NCBI RefSeq assembly: GCF_009834535.1
Contig: NC_045707.1
Coordinates: forward strand, 19,406,001-19,470,000
Length of the DNA stretch: 64,000 nucleotides
Reading direction: 5' to 3'
DNA from: Camelus ferus
Taxonomy: Eukaryota
The position numbers and the translations under genes were made by a program. Shown here in pieces: positions 24,621 to 37,759 of this stretch (position 1 is its first letter; each line of letters starts with the position of its first letter). Below the pieces are notes generated by a model. It ran no database searches. It worked only from the letters and a program-made list of their open reading frames with translations, and had not been told where the DNA came from.

Positions 24621-24815
24621 GAAACTATTCTTCTCACAGCTTTGTCAATGCTTCTTTGTGCTCCACCAATGTGCTTTATCTTGTCTCTTGGATTCTGCAG
24701 CACTCCTAAAGGTATTTTCTCCTATGGATCCGTTATTAAATTGGTGTTTCTGTTGGAATATGAAGGCTGGGGGTTGGAGCCCCCTATTCTGCCACCTTGC
24801 TGATGTCACTCTTCC
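24620..24815 (-). mobile_element. L1M 5'-end fragment, antisense
   Basis: CTATTCTGCCACCTTGCTGATGTCACTC is the reverse of the old L1 5' terminus GAGTGACGTCAGCAAGATGGCGGAATAG. Confidence 0.6.
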
Positions 24816-25139
24816 CTACATTATTTTATTTTCAAGAACACTTAATAGCTACCAAAACTAACCATATGCCGGATCATAAACTGGTTCATAATCCAAGCAT
24901 CAAAAATGTCAAAGAATTGAAAACATTTCTCACTAGAAAATTATTTAGTTAAAAATCAGTATCAGTCCTAAGTAAGAAGGAGTTCAAAGAAAATATTCCG
25001 AGTATAGGAGCATGATTAGGGCTTCTGGGTATCAGACAATAATCGATTTTTGTTCTTTCTGTTGGTTCCATGTGTTTATATTTTTTTGATGTAAAATTAA
25101 AATTGTTACACATTTATTATCTTCGGATTTTACTTGATG

Positions 25140-26220
25140 GCACATAACTTAAGTAAAAAGTAAAGACAATACTGCCAAGGCAATCTTGAAGAAAAGGGGA
25201 GGGCAAATTACATTACCAGACAGAGCTGAGACAGTGCCTTAGCTGTCCATGGACAGTCAAATAGTCAGTGGGACTGAGGCATCTCAGTACACCATATTAA
25301 GAGGTACTTCACATCAGCTTTAGATTGTCAGCAATGGTAATATTTATTATTTATTAATGTGGTTCTCTACTGTAAAGTTTTCCAATGTAAAGCTACTTTC
25401 CCCCCTGAGAAATTAAAAATTACTCTGTAGTGCAGGGATATTTTGACTGTATGAATATTATATTGCCTAAGAAACTTTTATTGTAATCATTCCTTATTAT
25501 TTGTTCTCTAACCTATTTATTGATGGCAATATATAATAATATAACATTAAAACAAATGTGATTTTTCTAAATCCATTACTCTTTCTACATTTATTAGAAT
25601 TTTACCATAAAGAAAAGCATTTTATTCTCTAATCCTAGTATCAATTTATGCACTTTTTATAGTGTTTTTCTACATAATGTGTTATTGTCTATTTTTATCA
25701 TTATTCAGTTCATTGCTCCAAATGTCTTGATATTGTCAGTGAGAACAACTTCTAAGTGAATCCTTATCTTTTGACTATGTGGCTACATTTTCAGAGCACT
25801 TATATTTTGGAACGATAAGATACTTCAGCTCTTCTTGTCGCTTCAATGTTAAGTCCTGGAATCCACCTGGAGTCAACCATTTCTCCAGTTCTCAGAAGTT
25901 ATTTTCAGCGAGAAATAGTACTCTGAGTTCAAGATCTGGATGCTTTGTGTGGTTCTTCCTATTGAGTTATCATTATTCCTTGGAGCTTGCAGGAAATAGA
26001 GAAAGGAAAAATATTCGGAAAAGGAATGGACTCACAACATTCTTATTCCAGTCCAATAACACAGGATTTTTCACTTCCTCTCTTATACCACATTGTGTCT
26101 CTTTCTCTGCAGTGAGAAACCTGGCTCCAACAAACCGATTCTCCTGTCAGTTACTCAATTCTACAACACATACAGTTTCTAGAATTCTGACACTGCAAGT
26201 ATAAAAACAAACGTACTAAA
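25140..26220. mobile_element. Old L1 fragments (short ORF2 piece on plus; L1MC/ME-like 3'UTR on minus)
   Basis: 25830-25960 is antisense-similar to the L1MC-type 3'UTR at 45780-45960. Confidence 0.5.
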
Positions 26221-27319
26221 AAAGTTCATTCTTCTTTGCAAACCTTGTCCTACTGATGGTCTGTTCAAAATGCTATCTTGAAAACCTACTTGTATCAATT
26301 TTTTGTTCTTCACCCAACAAGCTTGTTTATTTTAAAATTATATTCACTTGTGTGTATTCAATGTTAAGGTTTTTCCCCATTTTTGACCATTTAATTTCAT
26401 CTTTGAAATATGTGAAACAATGAGAATATCTCAAAAGTTAATACTATGCAAATAGGTATACTGAGAATTGTGTCACTTACTTTATTTTACTCTAATAATC
26501 TCTCTCTCTTTTCCTACCTCAGTACCTGTTTTCACTATACAAGCCTTATACTGTATTTTATCTGTATGCTTAAACCTCTCATATTGGCCTTGTTTCTCAA
26601 GATCTCTTGATCATTATTGCATGCCTGTTTCCCACATGAAATTTAGTGCTGGTTTTAGTATTAGTGCTCTTCTACCTTGGCAAATGACCCAGCAATTCCA
26701 GTGCTATTTGAAGTCTCGGTGACAAAGAGGATGCTATAAGGCACTTCCGCTTTCCCACAGGTGGAGATTCAAACTACAAACTTTGATTATGGAAAAATCT
26801 TTTACAGATAAACATTCTCCTTTGAAACAACAAACCTGAGCTTGCCACTGGGTCTTAGTAGAGACTAAAGGCCAAACCACAGAGCATCAACTGACCATTA
26901 CATTAGAGTTCCCATAGTCAACAGAGTGTTACTGGACTTTCTAATTTATAACTTGGTAATTTATAGCAGCGATCTATCATCAAAGGGAGATAGTACTTGG
27001 GAGCTCAGACTTGAGCAGGTCCAGAAGGCAGAAGTAAAGCTTAGAAACAGATGACTCAGACGTCTTCAAAACCAATTTCTCCTGCATTACATCCTCTTCC
27101 TCTGTCCATACGTACGGCACTATTGAGAGTACCTAATAACTAGCTGACCAACGTACAAAGATATGCACCTGGTGACAGACGTTCTGCACAATAGGCTAGC
27201 ATCCACTAATAAGTAAATGACTGATAGAGAAAATATATGCCATGTAAACTACATAGATTTTTAAGTGCTAGTAGAACTATAGCAGTATTAGTCAAGGTAA
27301 ATGTTACAGAAAAAAGTAT

Positions 27320-28370
27320 ACTTCACATGGAGAGGAATCAATGGTTTTTCTTAATGATAAAAAGTTATGTCCAATAAAAAGTAACAATCCCAATTTGCAT
27401 CTGCATAAAAACAGAGTTAATATTTTTAAAAATAAAAACATTGCTACAAAGAGAACAAAAGAACTACAGAGACGCTTTGGAAGATTTAAAGAACTCATTA
27501 ATAACACAAACAGTAGAAGTAGAGATTTAAATCACGTGATTAATGGACTCAAATAGGCGAGCGGACTCAAATAGAACACTGCACTCACCATTACATATAA
27601 TTTTCCAATTCACAAGAAGTGTTTACAAAACTCTGGCCATATTCTAGGCTATGAAGTGAAGCTCAAGTAATTTACAATGATTTAATTTAAAGAAAGTATG
27701 TTTTATAATAGTATAAGAGGATCCTTTTGAAAATCGTACATACCAGCAGACCAATTTCTAGTACTCTGAGGCAAACAACACTCAGTGGCCTCTCCCTCAG
27801 CGTAAGGAAGAAATGTGGAGCACGTGCCCCACATCTGGGCTCTTCAGGGCCTGCTGGAGGACTGCTGTCTCTCTAGCCCATCTTGGGGCCCTTATGGTAC
27901 CTCACATGCTCTAGATGCCCAGAGGCTGCTGAGAACAAAAAGAGCTGTGTGACTTCTTCAAGCAACTGAGTTACAGCAGACAGAAACAGAGCAAGAGATT
28001 ATAGGTTACTGCTGCATAAAATGGGCAAAAATCTTCCGATTAGAAATCTCCAAACACAAATCTGAGAAGACACATCCTCACAAAAGATTTGAGCAGTCCC
28101 CAGAATTTCTAGTGGACAGAATGGGGAAGGTCTTGCCTTTACAAATCCAGTCTAAAAAAAGCTGAGAGATGTGGCTGTTTTCTCAAATTGCAAGCAACAA
28201 CAACACGTTATAAGAAACATGAAGAGACAGGTGAAAGGGGAAAATGTCCCAATGAAACAAATGAATAAATCTCTAAAAACAGACCCTAAAGGAATGGAGA
28301 TGGATGAACACCTGACAAAGAAATCAAAATAACTTATAAAGATGGTCCTTGAGTTCAGGAAAGTGCCAGT
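27320..28370 (+). mobile_element. L1M endonuclease remnant followed by an L1M 5'UTR/ORF1 start
   Basis: AAACATGAAGAGACAGG...AATAAATCTCTAAAAACAGACCCTAAAGGAATGGAGAT...CCTGACAAAGAAATCAAAATAA is typical of an old L1 ORF1 N-terminus. Confidence 0.7.
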
Positions 28371-29023
28371 GTTTAAGTTTTATTGCATTTCTTTTGAACT
28401 TTTTAATATAACTATTTTCTAAAAATGATAGAAAACAGAAAATATAGAAATTATATAAATATAACATAATATCATGAACAACATTTATCATGAAAATATG
28501 CACCAAATTTCACAAAGTATAAATGTCTCCATTTAATGTGTAATACAATAGTACATATTATTTCTTTGGACTGAAGTTAATATATAATAATATGAACATC
28601 TAGATTCTTTACACCTCAAGAAATTATCACTGTTCATCTTCAAAATACACAACAAATTAGACATTAATTCTGGAACTCTACATTTGAAGTACAATGTGAA
28701 ATCATAGGATCCTTTTAGGGACTGATATTTAAGAGAATTAAAATTATTTTCTACCTCCTGCTGTAAAGTATGACTTAAAGAAATACATTTCATCCCCAGA
28801 AAATTCTGTAGGAGAAATATATTTTTAAATGTCAATAAACAATGCACTGGAGAAACTTAAGGCACGGAAGTGGAAGAAATGGATTGGGAAAAGATATTAA
28901 CTGTACCGTGGGCATAAAGCAACTAAAGAGACTATAAACAGCAAGGATAGTTGTATGACATTCAGGAATTCCAAGATTTAATGTAATAGCTCTTCAGAGT
29001 GTCCTTTATTTATGTCAAAAAAT

Positions 29024-29959
29024 TCATTTCTTGGCAGAAAATATTACTTTATAGACCATGTCTTTGAAGGCTTGTTTTACTTGCTGGTTTCTCAGGGTGT
29101 AAATGAAGGGGTTGAGCATGGGGGCAACAGACGTGTTGAGAACAGCTACTCCTTTAGTGACAGATGCCTTTTCTTTGGCCGAGGGATTAGCATACATGAA
29201 TATACAGCTTGCATAAGAGATGGAAATGACAATCATGTGAGAGGAACACATGGAGAAAGCCTTTTTCCTCTGACTGGCAGATGGGATTCTCAAAACAGTC
29301 CTGATGATGTACATATAAGACAAAATCACTAATGCCAAGGTGAACAGCAAACTAACCAAAGCAAAATAAAATCCCATTACTTCTAGGAGCCACGTATCTG
29401 AGCAAGATAATTGCAAAAGGGGAAAATAGTCACATGCAAAGTGATCAATGACATTGGAGGCACAGAAATCCAGCTGGAGGAGAAGCACAACGGGTGGGAA
29501 AATGGTCAGAAAGCCACCCAGCCATGCACACAGCACAAGCAGGCTGCAGACCTTCCTGCTCATGATGGCTGTGTAATGAAGGGGCTTGCAGATGGCAACG
29601 TAGCGGTCGTAGGACATGGCAGTTAGAAGATAAAACTCTGTCACCCCCATAAAAATAAAGAAAAATAGCTGAGCTGCACAACTGTTATAAGAAATAGTCT
29701 TATCTCTGGTGATAATTGCCCCCAGAAACCTAGGGATACATACAGTGGTAAAGGAGACTTCTAGGAAAGAGAAGTTTCGGAGGAAGAAATACATTGGTGT
29801 CTGTAGATGGGAGTCCAGCAAAGTCAGGGTGATGATAGTGAGGTTTCCAGTGACACTTAATACATATGTGATAAACAAAAAGAGGAAAATCACAATCTGA
29901 AGGTCAGGATCATCAGAAAGGCCTAGGAGGACAAACTCTGTGATCCCTGTGTGGTTCAT
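29024..29959 (-). CDS. OR6C3: Olfactory receptor OR6C3 (311 aa)
   Basis: Intact ORF with [41 protein letters not shown] and GFYFALV, matching human OR6C3 as I recall it. The TM6 motif reads KAFSMC. Confidence 0.93.
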   Translation of the reverse strand: MNHTGITEFVLLGLSDDPDLQIVIFLFLFITYVLSVTGNLTIITLTLLDSHLQTPMYFFLRNFSFLEVSFTTVCIPRFLGAIITRDKTISYNSCAAQLFFFIFMGVTEFYLLTAMSYDRYVAICKPLHYTAIMSRKVCSLLVLCAWLGGFLTIFPPVVLLLQLDFCASNVIDHFACDYFPLLQLSCSDTWLLEVMGFYFALVSLLFTLALVILSYMYIIRTVLRIPSASQRKKAFSMCSSHMIVISISYASCIFMYANPSAKEKASVTKGVAVLNTSVAPMLNPFIYTLRNQQVKQAFKDMVYKVIFSAKK

Positions 29960-30849
29960 TTCCCTCTCTCTTTCTCATTTTTCCTTCTTTAAGACATTTA
30001 GATGGAAAGTGTATTAAAGGGAAGAGATGAGGATATAATTCATCATGATCAATATCATCATCATTGATACAATTCTAAAACATTTTCTAGAATCCATGCT
30101 GATGTTATTTTCTCTTGACTATTTTATTTGCATTATATCTTAATACATATTTGTGAGTCCTGCTTTATTTACTCGTTCTCTTATTTAAATCTAGTAGAAG
30201 TTAGGAAATCTTCATAAAGTAAGTCACATTATTGAGAGGTGGCAAATTCAATCAATACTTTTTGCTTTGTCCAATTTATGCAAATCATTGCATTTTTCTC
30301 AAAACAATCATATAAAATACACATTTTTCCTTTTTTATGTGATGTATTTATTATAAGATACTACCAGCTAAAGACAGGAATAGATGATCTCAATTCCATT
30401 AAAAGATGCAAATAAACTTAGAAGACTAAGGCATCAACCCATTACTTTTTATGATGTAAGAACTCAATGAATGATTTTCTTAGGATATAAAATAAATTTA
30501 AAATATTTATTTACTACATAACTTAATTACTCATTTTATTTCAATACTAATATTTCTTGATGTAGCTTTTCAGATAAAATGAAAACACTGCATACAGATT
30601 ATAGAGTAATATATGTATGTATTTAGTAAAAAATAGAATAAATAATCTAACATTTATTTAACAGAGAATATATTACCTTATCACTTGATGATTTTTTTAT
30701 AATTCCATAGAAATCATTAATGTTTGACATCTTCTATAACTTGCTAGAAATGTATATATGGAAACATTTTTATTTTTGAGCTTAAAGGGATATACAGTAT
30801 TTATTCATTTTTCATTTGGCACCGAAGCACAAATTGAAAAATAACTACT

Positions 30850-31200
30850 TGCCTCAGATCTCAGCAGCTCTGTCACCCAGGTTGTAGCCCAGTGCATTTT
30901 CTGTCTGGACATCCTTCATTCACAGCTATTAAGCTTTATGAAAAAATGATTTACTGACTTGGAGTTCTGCCTCACATTTATTTTCACATGTGACACCCTA
31001 TCCATAAGGATATTCCAGAAATGTGTAGGAAAACCTCTCCTTCATCCTAACCTATTCAGTTCATCCCCAGCTGAGCTGGATACACCATTCTCTGTATTTG
31101 GATTGCTAAAATCACGTCAGCTATCTTCTACATATTTCAGACAGCCACAGTTCTGCTGTGCATAATAGACTGGAACATCACTGCTTCTCTGCCAGACACT
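30850..31200 (+). mobile_element. L2 fragment
   Basis: CATCCTAACCTATTCAGTTCATCCCCAGCTGAGCTGGATACACCATTCTC...TTCTGCTGTGCATAATAGACTGG resembles degraded L2 ORF2. Confidence 0.4.
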
Positions 31201-31501
31201 AGCAAAGTCATATTAATTAAGTTTGATTAAACTTTCTCTATTTTATGAACACTCAAGGGAAATAGTTTAGGAAATAAAAATGGAATGTCAGAAACCTTAA
31301 GAAGATCTGGAAATATACTATAGTCCTCTTCAATAATGTTGCTCTAGAAGTTTAATAAAGTTATATTTAAAGAGAGAACTGACAGGGATATGACACTATT
31401 GGGTATTATGAGTACAGATTCTTAAATCTGGTGTCCCTCTGGTTGTACTAATAAATTTTCAAGTCTGGTTGTTTTGAGCTATGAAGAGAGTCATGCATTC
31501 A

Positions 31502-31629
31502 TCTCCTGGGAACAAGGCAAAGTCAGAGCACATCTCTGCCATAATGTAGACCATGAGGGATTTGTGGAAGTCACCCCTGGCATTTTCAGTAGCCTCCTAA
31601 CTCTTCTCTGTCGTGCATCTCCCTTGAGA
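31502..31629 (-). promoter_or_regulatory. Pair of O/E (Ebf)-type sites upstream of OR6C3
   Basis: TCTCCTGGGA (31502-31511; TCCCAGGAGA on the gene strand) and TCCCTTGAGA (31620-31629), both fitting TCCCNNGRGA. Confidence 0.35.
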
Positions 31630-32699
31630 ATGGTTACGTTCATCTTTGTATCCCATAGAGGACCTAAACGTTGACTTATACAAAATAATCATTTCCATTA
31701 ACCACAAGTATTGACTATTTCAAGAATAATCAAAATAGATGTGACATCTTACAAAAACAGAACTCAGTCTAATTTGCACTTGATATACGGAGAGCATATC
31801 CAAGTAATAGACTCCCAAAGCAATTAGAATCTAACCAATAATCAACCTGTGCGGTCTGAAGTCAGCAATGATTTCATTAGACAATGAAACCCTGGTAGTC
31901 TGCATTTACACACTAGCAAGGCAGAGCTCACCTAGGATCAAATCACTACTAAAACAGATTAAAGAAGTTTGCATCATGAATATCTGGCCTATGCAGAGGG
32001 CTGGCTGCTTCCAAATGCATTTGACAGTTTAAAGAAAGAAAACGCAACTTCAATGTATCAATTACCTCGTAACCAAAGAGATGGCACAGCCAATATGAAA
32101 TCCTGTTCCTACAGTTTCCGTAACAGTAAAACTGATGTAATTCACAACCTCTCCATGTGTCTTAGGTGAATGTTAAGGTGTTGATTGGGAAAGAGTAGGG
32201 ACTGAGAATCGGATTGAAGGCATCTGTGGACTCAGATGACTCGGAACATCTGAACATGGAGGCTCCACCTAGACTCCCTTGCCAACAGAAGGATCCTGCT
32301 TCTCTGCTTCGTGAAATTGGTCATGCATTTCTAGAGACTCTGCAATTACCTCACTTAAAGGAGGTAATTTTTCTCACATATGCATTCACTGCTCACAGAG
32401 TATTTTCAAACCTCTAGCATGTATCCAAGTCTGGCATTTTCCAGGAGATGGTAAGCCATGGAAAAGCTAAGAAGGAAGAGCCTTACATATGAAAAGTTTT
32501 ACAAGTTTTTGCTAATTAAAAAAAAAAAAATCATTGGTGGTGATGATGAAACCAAACCAAACCAAAGCAGCAACAACAAAGAAACATCAAAATTACCTTT
32601 GGCCTCTGAAATGCTGGGAGTCAAAATCCCTCCCACCAGAAACAAGCTTAGCACCAGAGCCCCTTACTGATTCACAGACAACATGAGTGAAACGTAAGT

Positions 32700-33000
32700 C
32701 CATTTTACTAAGTGAAAGAATCATTCAAAGGCTGAGCATCATAGGATTCTATGTGTGTGACAATCTGGATCAGCAAATCGATCAGGATAGAAAACAAATC
32801 AGTTGTTGCCAGGGTTGAGAGAGGGATGAAGGGTTGACTGCAATGGGGCAACATAAGGGACTTTGTGAGATGTTACAGCTCTCCTGTGTGGTTCTGTGGG
32901 GGTGGAAACATGACTCCATGCATTTTCAAACACACACAGAGCAGTGAACAGCCCACAGGAAGTGACTTTCGCTAAGTGAAAATTTTTTAAAAATATCTCC
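32700..33000 (+). mobile_element. Old L1 (L1MC/ME-like) 3'UTR fragment
   Basis: ACTAAGTGAAAGAA...GATAGAAAACAAATCAGTTGTTGCCAGGG is an L1M 3'UTR pattern. Confidence 0.65.
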
Positions 33001-33034
33001 CAGGATGTTGCTGAAACTGAAGAGGAACCCATAC

Positions 33035-33593
33035 TGTGACAAGTAAATCTTGAAAGCAGCTTTTTTGCCCCTTTCCTATTTCTGTCCCCCTTATGACCTT
33101 AAAAGAGCCTAATTACAGCAATGTGACCGCTAAGCAATTGAAACTAACTCCTGACTTACACTCTTCTCAATGCACACCACACCTTGTCTAACCTGTTGAT
33201 TCTTTTCCTAGATAAAAAGAAGTAAGGATAAAGAATTAAGCAGTTAAAGAATGATTAGCCCTCTATTCCCAGCAGCCCCCTTAGGCAGATCACGGGGCAA
33301 GATAGCATCTGAATAGTCAGCCAGTCTGCATGTGATGGACACTGAGGCAGAACCAACCTCCTGCCTCAGTGAGTCACTCAGATTCCTCCCCTCACTCAGA
33401 TTCCTCCCCTCCATATTTCCTTTTAGAAACTGTCATGGCTGAGCAGAATCTTCCAAGCTGATCTCCAGACATGAGTCTACCATTTCCCCAGATTGCCAGC
33501 TTTTCTGATTAAAACCTTTCCTGTCTACTGACACTTGCCTCTCGAATTTATTGGCTTTTGAGCAGTGAGCTGCCAAACCTGAGTTTGTTAACA
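33035..33593 (+). mobile_element. Solo LTR, ERV1-like
   Basis: TG...CA ends, ATTAAA signal at ~33508, and U5-like ATTGGCTTTTGAGCAGTGAGC...GTTAACA. It contains a perfect 18-bp tandem duplication (33374-33409). The TSD is poor (ATAC versus ATCT). Confidence 0.7.
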
Positions 33594-34084
33594 ATCTCAC
33601 TGTTTCACAAATTAATGACATGACCAATACTAAAGGGGGCACGTAAGAAATGTATTGGCCTAAGTAATTTTGGAAAACTGCTTTGACTTGATAATCTGAG
33701 GCTGATTTAAAGAAAATCACAAACACTGTAATTCTAGTGACAAATTTGCTTCTCATAGGCATATGGGTTAAAGCAATTCTAAAATTACTCTATATGTTCA
33801 TTAGATTTGAATAAATAAATGTATATATTTTCATAACATGAGCAAGGCTTCTCCCTATCAGGTAAGAAGTTATACAAATGCAAATGAACAGTATCACAAT
33901 AAACTCTGGACTATAGGACTGAAGTTAGAAGTAGCATATGAACTTCTGTGTATTTTACATAAAGTTGATCCATTAATGGACCTGATATTTGCAAATGTGT
34001 CTTCTAAAATGTATTAATAAGCCCCAAATCATACAGGGGGCACTTTCCCAGAGAGAACATACACAGAGAAGAAAAAAAACTGTT

Positions 34085-34250
34085 ATCCTTCATACACTGT
34101 CTCAGCTGAGGTTAGACGAGGTGATGCTCTGTTTTCTTTTTTCAATTCTCATACCTTAAACAAATGCCCTTTTCATGGCCTATTTAATGTCACATTTTTT
34201 ACATTTTTGTGTTTTTTATTGGTGTTTTTACTGCTTAAGATGGTCTTCAA
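34085..34250 (+). mobile_element. Tigger4/Zombi-like DNA transposon fragment
   Basis: CTCATACCTTAAACAAATGCCCTTTTCATGGCCTATTTAATGTCACATTTTT matches the Tigger4 pattern. Confidence 0.6.
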
Positions 34251-34404
34251 AGAACTTTCTTAAAAACATGTATGTTCTTATAATCCATTATTGAATATAC
34301 TTACATAAAAGCAGATTCTACTAAAAACTGAAAGCACATGAATTGCTATGCTCAAGAGAGATATGTTATTGTTTAAGATTGTTATTAGAAGGATTCGTTT
34401 TCAG

Positions 34405-34515
34405 CACTGCCCTGGTTTGCATAGTGCTCTTCAAAAAATTCATGTCCACCTGGAATCTCCAGACATGATCTTATTTGGAAATAGAGTCTTTGCAAATGTA
34501 ATCAAGTTAAGACGA
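34405..34515 (+). mobile_element. MaLR (MLT1/MST-like) LTR 5' fragment
   Basis: ATTCATGTCCACCTGGAATCTCCAGACATGATCTTATTTGGAAATAGAGTCTTTGCAAATGTAATCAAGTTAAGA. Confidence 0.7.
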
Positions 34516-37500
34516 TTTGCTCAGTTTAGTTAATTTTTGATGATTATTTTAATTAAAGTAATTTTCCATGCAGCTTTATTTAATAAAATGTTGTCCAAGA
34601 TGCATAATTTTAAATAACATTTTGGCCTACAGATAAACATCAGATAAATACAATAGCGATGTTTGCAATTAAACGTGAGCATGTTTATGTCACATTAGTC
34701 AAGTTCTTTTTAATAGTCTCTTTCTTCAATATGTCCTGCATTTTGCTTAATCATATACCATGAATAACTTCATCTGTCTCCCAAAGAAACAGTAAGAATA
34801 ACTTAAAAATCTTTGTTCAGAAAGTTTCTTTTATTTTAAGATCATTAAACAGTCCCAATTTCCATTTAATTTAAACTATATGTATGTTTTATGGAACTCC
34901 TGGATTAAATAGCAACAAATATGTCTTGAATAATTAATGTAAGTGGAATATTATATATGTCTTTTCAGATCAAAGTAGTGAGTAGTAAAATAATGCTGGG
35001 AGAGAATATTGCTTGTACTGAACAAGAGAAAGGGAATCTAAGATTTCAAAAATAATGTCGAATTCTCACAATTTTTCTAAGAAGTCAAAATTATGCAAAG
35101 AGCTGTCTTTGTCATCTTTGTATTCTCAGAAAGTAAGCTGGAGCCCAACACATACTAAATTAATTATGGAATGAGTAACTGATAGTGATTCTAGTCACGA
35201 TCAGGTTTTCTATGTCATCATTCAGGGGCAAGATATAAAGCCTTTAGGGCAAGTCTGGTATCTTTTACGGTGTAGAATAATGGAGACCTCAGCCCCAGTC
35301 TCAAACATCACAATGAAGTCTTCATATTTTCCTTATGATTGGAGAAAAACCCACTTTTTCACAACTTAGTCTGCCACCACTTAGAAACTGTTAATCTCGA
35401 ATACCACTTGGTTACTGTTTCTACTCCTTGGGAAGTTATGAATTATTATAAAAAATGTAAATCTTTCTATATATTTTTCTGCTCTGATATCAGGCCACTA
35501 TCACCTAAATATTTTGTTCTAAATTGTGTACTAATTCCGACCATTGTTTAATGCTTAGTGTCTTGAGAACACCAATCTCCACCGTGCCTTTTTTGTTTAT
35601 TCATCAGCTAATCCCCCCGAGTCCATTGTAATGGAGATAAAATTATGGCTAGACTGAGTAACTTTACTTCTGCCCAAAAGATCATATCATCTTGCCCACG
35701 AAGCTTGGAAAGACATTACATCAGCTGTCCTTTCAATTATAACTTATTTCAAGTACCAAGGTGATACTTCTCCAAGTGACAATAGGTAGGATACCACCTA
35801 CCCACCTACAGGCAGGATAAGTGGGAACGCAAACCCTCAGAGAAATTTGGGTTGATGTTCAGAAATGGGTTGATAAATGCTCTTTTTGTAAAAGCTGTAG
35901 AGGAGCTCTGAGAATTAGTCTTTATTATCGATATTTTGGATATTTGGTTATAAATATAAGATGACAGGGGAGAAACAGATTGCGAAGGCTTTTAAAAATC
36001 CCAAAGCACTTAGTTTTCAGAAATTAAAGAAGACATTAGAAATGATATTGACTAAACCAGTCATATTTGCTATAAGAGTAAGTATTTTTTCGACAGTTTC
36101 TTTTAGGAACTTATTTTTTGCTTTAATACTGTGTATTTATGCTTTACACAAGTAATCTCAATTATGAACACTATAAATAAATAAACTACACAATTTATAT
36201 GAAATATATAAATGAAGAAACTTTTAAAGCGACTACAATTTAATAATTTTTGCAACATTTTTGTTTATTATAATATAAATATTTTGTGATTAATAGGACA
36301 TCTATGATTTTTGTGTTCTTGCCTATACATCTTTGCATAATCACTTTTAATATAATTAGTATTAGGACACCTTGTAATCATTTTTGTAGAATATTCAAAA
36401 TAATCTTCTTGATGTATTTTATTCCTGAGGAGATACTTACATTTTACTTTTTCAGAATATGAATTTCATACATAGTGAAGGTTAGCATTCATCATATAAA
36501 GGTAAAAGACAAAAAGAAGATGCATAGCTTATGACCACAAAGAGAACAGATGATTGTAAGTGGGAAAATATCCCTCTCAGTAATTATGTAGGCAAACATT
36601 GTGAGTAAGTTCATTATCCTATTAATTGGCTGATGCTGACAAAATAGTATCACTAAACCTCTGAAGAGTATAAGAAAACAAATGAGGCCTTACACACTTA
36701 GGCAGGCTTTCTGGACATGTAAGTGTTGAAAAATAGTATCTTAGATGACAGCACATCTAAAGCTTCAATGGAAAAGAATAACTTAAAACGGGAGCAAACA
36801 ATTAAATAAATCCTGTACACTACCAAGAATTACATTAGATACCAAATATGGGAAAAAAGAAAAGAAAGACTCTTTGCCTCTCCAAAACTTACCTTGAATG
36901 TCAACTATTCCCTTTTATTATCCCTGAAGGAAAAAATAAGCAATACTGTGGAGAAGTGCAAAACGATTTTGGAAATAAGTAAAAACACTGGCAGTTTATA
37001 AAAATAAAATTAGGACTTAAGTAAAAGTACTACTTTGTATGTTTTCACATACATTTACATATAAATATATTCAGATATTGCACATTGTAGACTCATGATA
37101 GATAAGCAGTTAAGAAAAATATGTTCAAGAAGAGTATATTTACAGTCTTACAAGACACCGTTATAATAGATTAGTAATTAAAACTAGAATGTCTTGCAGT
37201 GTAGACATTGAGATAATTGGGAAAACCCTCTCATCCATTAAATACCTCTATATACTATTCTCTGGGATGCATTACTCTATCAGATGGACAACAGAGTTGT
37301 CTCCGAGGATTATGAAAGTTCATATGGGTAAGGAGAGAGAAGTGCTTATTCAAAAAGTAGAAATATTTACAATGTGTATGAAGAAGAAAGCAACAAAAGA
37401 GTATCTTCAAGAATATTGTGGTAGTTGGAAGGAAGCTCTAAATAAGAATTTTACTTGGGGCTTTAATCTCTATTTTTTTGTTGTTGTTTTCAGGAATATA

Positions 37501-37759
37501 CTCAAACATTCAGAAGACAGACATTTATACTGAAACGTGTGAGAATACAATGAAGGAACTATAGAATAGTGAATTAATATATATCATAATGAATTACAGA
37601 GTTTTTTAAGTATTTTGTTTCTACGTGCTACAAAATAATTTTTCTCTAAAAGCACAAGGCAGCAATATTTTCAAGTGTGCGTGCATGCATGTGTGTGTGT
37701 TTCTTGGCTGGTGCCATAGCTTTCTTTTATCTTCATCTATTTTACAGCTAGAACAAAGA

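Noticed and set aside
25779-26204. 141-aa ORF
   Set aside because: TTG-type start within antisense old L1 3'UTR sequence; no recognisable domain.
33433-33762. 109-aa minus-strand ORF
   Set aside because: It straddles the end of a solo LTR and its flank; no protein features.
37625-37759. 45-aa N-terminal extension of OR6C75 from a GTG start
   Set aside because: It lies upstream of a clear splice acceptor (37746-37747) and includes (TG)n-like intronic sequence; an ORF-caller artefact.
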